The notes beneath the pieces were generated by a model. It did no database searches. It saw only the letters and a list, made by a program, of their open reading frames with translations, and was not told the origin of the DNA. A stretch of 58,118 bases of DNA, filler included, from Sphacelaria rigidula (taxonomy: Eukaryota), in assembly GCA_964200075.2 (NCBI GenBank). It is 9 parts of 9 records of this genome, joined end to end, with 100 filler letters (N's around TTAATTAATTAA, not from the genome) between each part and the next. Parts side by side here need not be neighbours in the genome. Positions count along the whole stretch, not along the records: positions 51,751 to 58,118 come from CAXNAA020020495.1; 8 more parts are not named here. One strand, written 5' to 3'. This document shows, one piece after another, positions 54,443 to 58,118 of this stretch; position 1 is the stretch's first letter; each line of letters opens with the position of its first letter. The position numbers and the translations under genes are program-made.

Positions 54443-55288
54443 TTGGCCCGTGACCACGGAAGGCGTCCGCATCAGATGCTCAGCACGGAAACGAGCATAT
54501 ACATCGGAGCCGTTATCATGTAAAGACAACAATAACAACAGCAACAACAAATAGGTCCCCAAGCTTTGGATTTCGGGGGGTGGTCTCCGCGGGAGGGGGG
54601 GTCGAGAGGAGGGCTATAATAGCCTTGAGTATTGGGTTCATTATGACACTAATGGCGTGCACCTGTAAGCACACACCTGTGCTGGAGAAAGCAAATGTGT
54701 GGGAAATTGGTCAAGCTAGAGCGAATGGTAAAACTTGCTGTCAATCCAATAATTTCCATGGGTCTGAATTTTTAGGAGCGCTCTTTTTCATCCAAAACAC
54801 GAGTTATGAAATGCGTGAGTACGCTACGATTAGCATTCCGATGGGCAAGGGATACATCGCAGATGTATTTGAAAACGAGGATACCCTGGCCCATACTGTC
54901 GTGCAGCTCGCAACTTCAGGCGCCCTTGAGTAAGGAAGATCTGGGCCCAAATAAATGTGCAACACCTTTGACTCATGACTTCTCATCTTCCAATGTTACG
55001 ACTAATGTGCACATGAAAAGGACGTACAGTGTGTAGTAAGGAGGGGACAGCGACTTACTCGGTGAGGGGAGGCCTTATTTTATCTGGCGCATATTCACTT
55101 CTTTCTAATGATCCGCTTTTGGCCGACTCTTCTCGTTGACGGGCATGTTTTTGTTCACCCTTGATAACAACATTTTCCCAAAAGGCATGTTTTCATCCTT
55201 CACCACGCAAGCAGCAAGCCTATGCTGAGATACACGCTTTGCATCATTTAGCGCAAAACCTTCGTAGCACCTGAAGAAGAACGCTACA

Positions 55289-55537
55289 GAGTCATGCTAC
55301 AATAGGGGGGGGGGGGGTTGATTCCACGAAAAAATGGGCTCATGGATGTTTCAGACGACCTAGCACACTCGCGGTGCGCTTGTATTTGGGTATAAGCGGT
55401 GTCAAGCAGCATGGATGAGCGTTATTTACCAGAAGCAAGCGCGAACGAACAACCGTTGCTGCTGTTAATGACGATTTCAAGTAGAATTTCGTGGAAGAAA
55501 ACGGCCCAAATACCACTCCCATATCGTAGCATCACTC
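55289..55537. mobile_element. Sola2-like MITE subfamily B (opposite orientation)
   Basis: GAGTCATGCTACAATAG...ATCGTAGCATCACTC; TSD TACA. Confidence 0.85.
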
Positions 55538-56626
55538 TACAGTGTCGGCGCGAGGAAGTTCATCTGACCCCGCGGTAACCTATTATGAAATCAAGCCGGT
55601 TACAACATATTAGTCTAAAAGCTACACTAAAATGAAGTGGTTTGTTGTAACGACCCGGCACAGACTCCCCCCCCCCCCAACCATGACCTGGTCCGGCGAG
55701 AACCCGGCGTGCTCCGTCCCGGCTCTGTAGGGGTGGACCCCCGATGGGGTTGGCGTTGCTTGGCGATGACGCTATAAAACACGCCACTCACTGCGTAATC
55801 GAGGCAACTAGGAAACCGGATTTTTTGCGTGCTTGCGTTTTTTTGCGGTAACCATGACGGTAGTCGAGCTAGATCATGTTGTGTGCGGTGTGGGAGAACC
55901 TCAACTCCGCACAATGGGGATGATTGTACCACGTAGTGTTTACATGGTGAGACACCCATGAGGCAGTGTGTAAGCCGTGACTGTCTCTGGAAGTGGCGAT
56001 ACTAGACAATAGAGCAACTCATTGTAGGCTGTCATCCAAATGCAAGATAATCAGTGGGCTTCGGCAGCTTCGGGCCGAACAATCTTACCAGGATGCAGCT
56101 CACCCTTCATGCGACTCGCTGAACACACCACGGCGCCTCGCGCTTGGTGATTGGGTGCGAGCCTGGTCCGGCGAAAACCCGGCGTGGNNNNNNNNCGAGG
56201 TCAATGGTCTGATGACTATGGCATTCATGATCATGAGTACACTTATGACTACGGCAAGAAAAACCATGAGTACACTCCCCGCTCCCCCGTCCTTTTCTCT
56301 ATTTCATGTGATGTTTTTGGAGTACGATACTTTCAACAGATGAACATTTTTTTAGTAATGTATTCTCCTCACCCCAGGGCAATCCCTCAAGTTTTGCTTC
56401 CGACCGGAACACCGTCCACCAGGGTGCCCTGTTCCTCCGCAAAAATGTCGCAGCTCGTAAGCCCTGGCGGCAGTGTGGTACACTGCTGCACAGCAGCGAC
56501 TCCGCTTACTATCGCGGTTCAGCGACCGGTTGACAACTCACCCCAGGGTGACTGGAGGTACCTCCCGAGGATACTGCCAGGGCGGGTAAAATATTATTTT
56601 TGTTTTATTTTCCTGTAATTACTTGA

Positions 56627-56900
56627 GAGCAATGCAACGGCAGGGGTTGAACCTTTTGTTTTTGGGTCTCTTTTGTGTAGGAGCCCAAATATATGGGGCT
56701 TGCTGTGCAACCCAAATCTCCGGGGACCAGACTCCCAGAAACATGGTGTTTGCACGCAGGGGCCTTTTGGTGAATCGGCATCATTTTCAGTCTTCTTCAA
56801 GTAAAAATGATGCCGATTCTCAACATGATCCATCCAACACCCCGAGCAGCCCCAAGAAATAGTTTCGCTAAAAAGTGCAACCCCTACCGTAGCATTGCTC
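56627..56900. mobile_element. Sola2-like MITE subfamily C
   Basis: GAGCAATGCAACGGCAGGGG...CCCCTACCGTAGCATTGCTC; TSD TTGA; interior unrelated to subfamilies A and B. Confidence 0.88.
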
Positions 56901-57142
56901 TTGACACATATATGTATCTTGCCAAAACGCGCGGGTGACGGTAGAGGTGCTTGCTTTGCACCAGCACTGTGTTCCTGAGCGCCTTGCACAAGACGATGCA
57001 TGGACCCCGCAAAAACGAGGGGGATCGTAACTTGCACAACAGTGAAAACGGCTGAAACCCTCTGTCATTTTTTCCATCGTTCACCCACGATCATCCAGCC
57101 CTTGAAATACAGCGCGAGAAGGCAAATTTATTTACAGCAAAT

Positions 57143-57146
<4 letters not shown>

Positions 57147-57203
<57 letters not shown>
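57147..57203. repeat. (CA)n microsatellite
   Basis: Dinucleotide run seen directly. Confidence 0.95.
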
Positions 57204-57207
<4 letters not shown>

Positions 57208-58044
57208 AGGAGGGGCCCTTGCGCCCTCGCATAGGTAGAACCACCACTTACTTAGGTGTATACTAGAACAAGACGACGAGCGAGAATCGCAGTCTCTCTC
57301 GTTGCCGTATACCGTAGCTAGCTGTCATACTTCACTCTACTCTTATGCCGCCACGTTCCCCGTGAATCTCACCATATTCTAGACTATGTTGAGGCCGCAG
57401 TAATTTCGAAGTTTCTGAGGCGCACCGGGAAACCCTCGACGAGAACAAATCTTAGATGCATCTCACTGCAAGTTCAGAAATGATCCAGGATTTCGCTCTC
57501 CTACAGTCCTCCGGGTACACTATTGCACCATTTCCGGATAATGACTGGATAATGACTCCCAGAGAGGCAAACTACCGACGTGGCGACTGGATCATGACTA
57601 CTGCAGGACTGCGTGGCCAGCGGTTCTCACGGAGGGACTCAAAACACGCCCACTACAAATTCATGCATGGATACTGGACAGCTTTTGCGTTCTAGTGGCA
57701 GGGGTTTCTGAGCGATAATTCCCGCGGGAACGAACGGCGAAAAAACTGTTTCACGACGGGGTGACACCCCCAAGCACAAGTGAAAATATAAAGTTCAGAC
57801 ACTGTCAGGGCTTATCCAATATTTGAGACTACTACTGTTTTCTCCATATTTTTGTTTCTATTACTTGAAGAAAAAAAAATTGTGAGCGTTTCCGTTTGTT
57901 GACCTTCCGCACGTCTACCTTGAGAAAGATGGCCACGGCTGGTCCCCCCTCCCGTGGGGGTCACCTAATGTGACATTCAATCGACAAATCTACAGCCTCT
58001 CCTTTTTTCACTACGAGAAGAAAGACTTGAAACGGTAAAAAGGG

Positions 58045-58118
58045 AGGGGGGGGCGTACTCATTTGTTGCTTGCCTTAGTCGTTTGACCATTGATCACGCA
58101 TCCCTTTCGCGACGGAGC
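58045..58118 (-). mobile_element. Right TIR of the gctccgtc..gaaagggatgcgtg family
   Basis: Reverse complement of the 31568-31640 and 11475-11545 termini. Confidence 0.75.

Overview
Repeat-rich, intron-containing eukaryotic DNA, most likely a brown alga or other stramenopile (inferred from gene style, a bipartite plastid-type presequence and the repeat types). The window is not one locus. It is nine unrelated scaffolds of 6369/6368 bp joined by artificial 100-nt N-TTAATTAATTAA-N spacers. Host genes: a 5'-partial, apparently intact 7-exon GH1 beta-glucosidase (7833-12375, +), the first exon of a probably plastid-targeted RGG-rich protein (45934-46802, -), and an uncharacterised exon (36625-37290, -). 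The rest is mostly transposon debris: a degenerate Ty3/Gypsy pol carrying three nested insertions, two gag remnants converging on a perfect 99-bp palindrome made of tRNA-derived SINE heads, a Ty1/Copia RT-RNase H, an RTE-type LINE, a tRNA-derived SINE and several MITE/foldback families. The best finding is a spliced, decayed Sola-type DDD transposase (about 39150-44210, -) that the ORF track only shows in fragments. It occurs with at least three MITE subfamilies bearing the Sola2 signature (GAG...CTC ends, 4-bp TSDs verified in five copies), one of which is inserted into the transposase itself.
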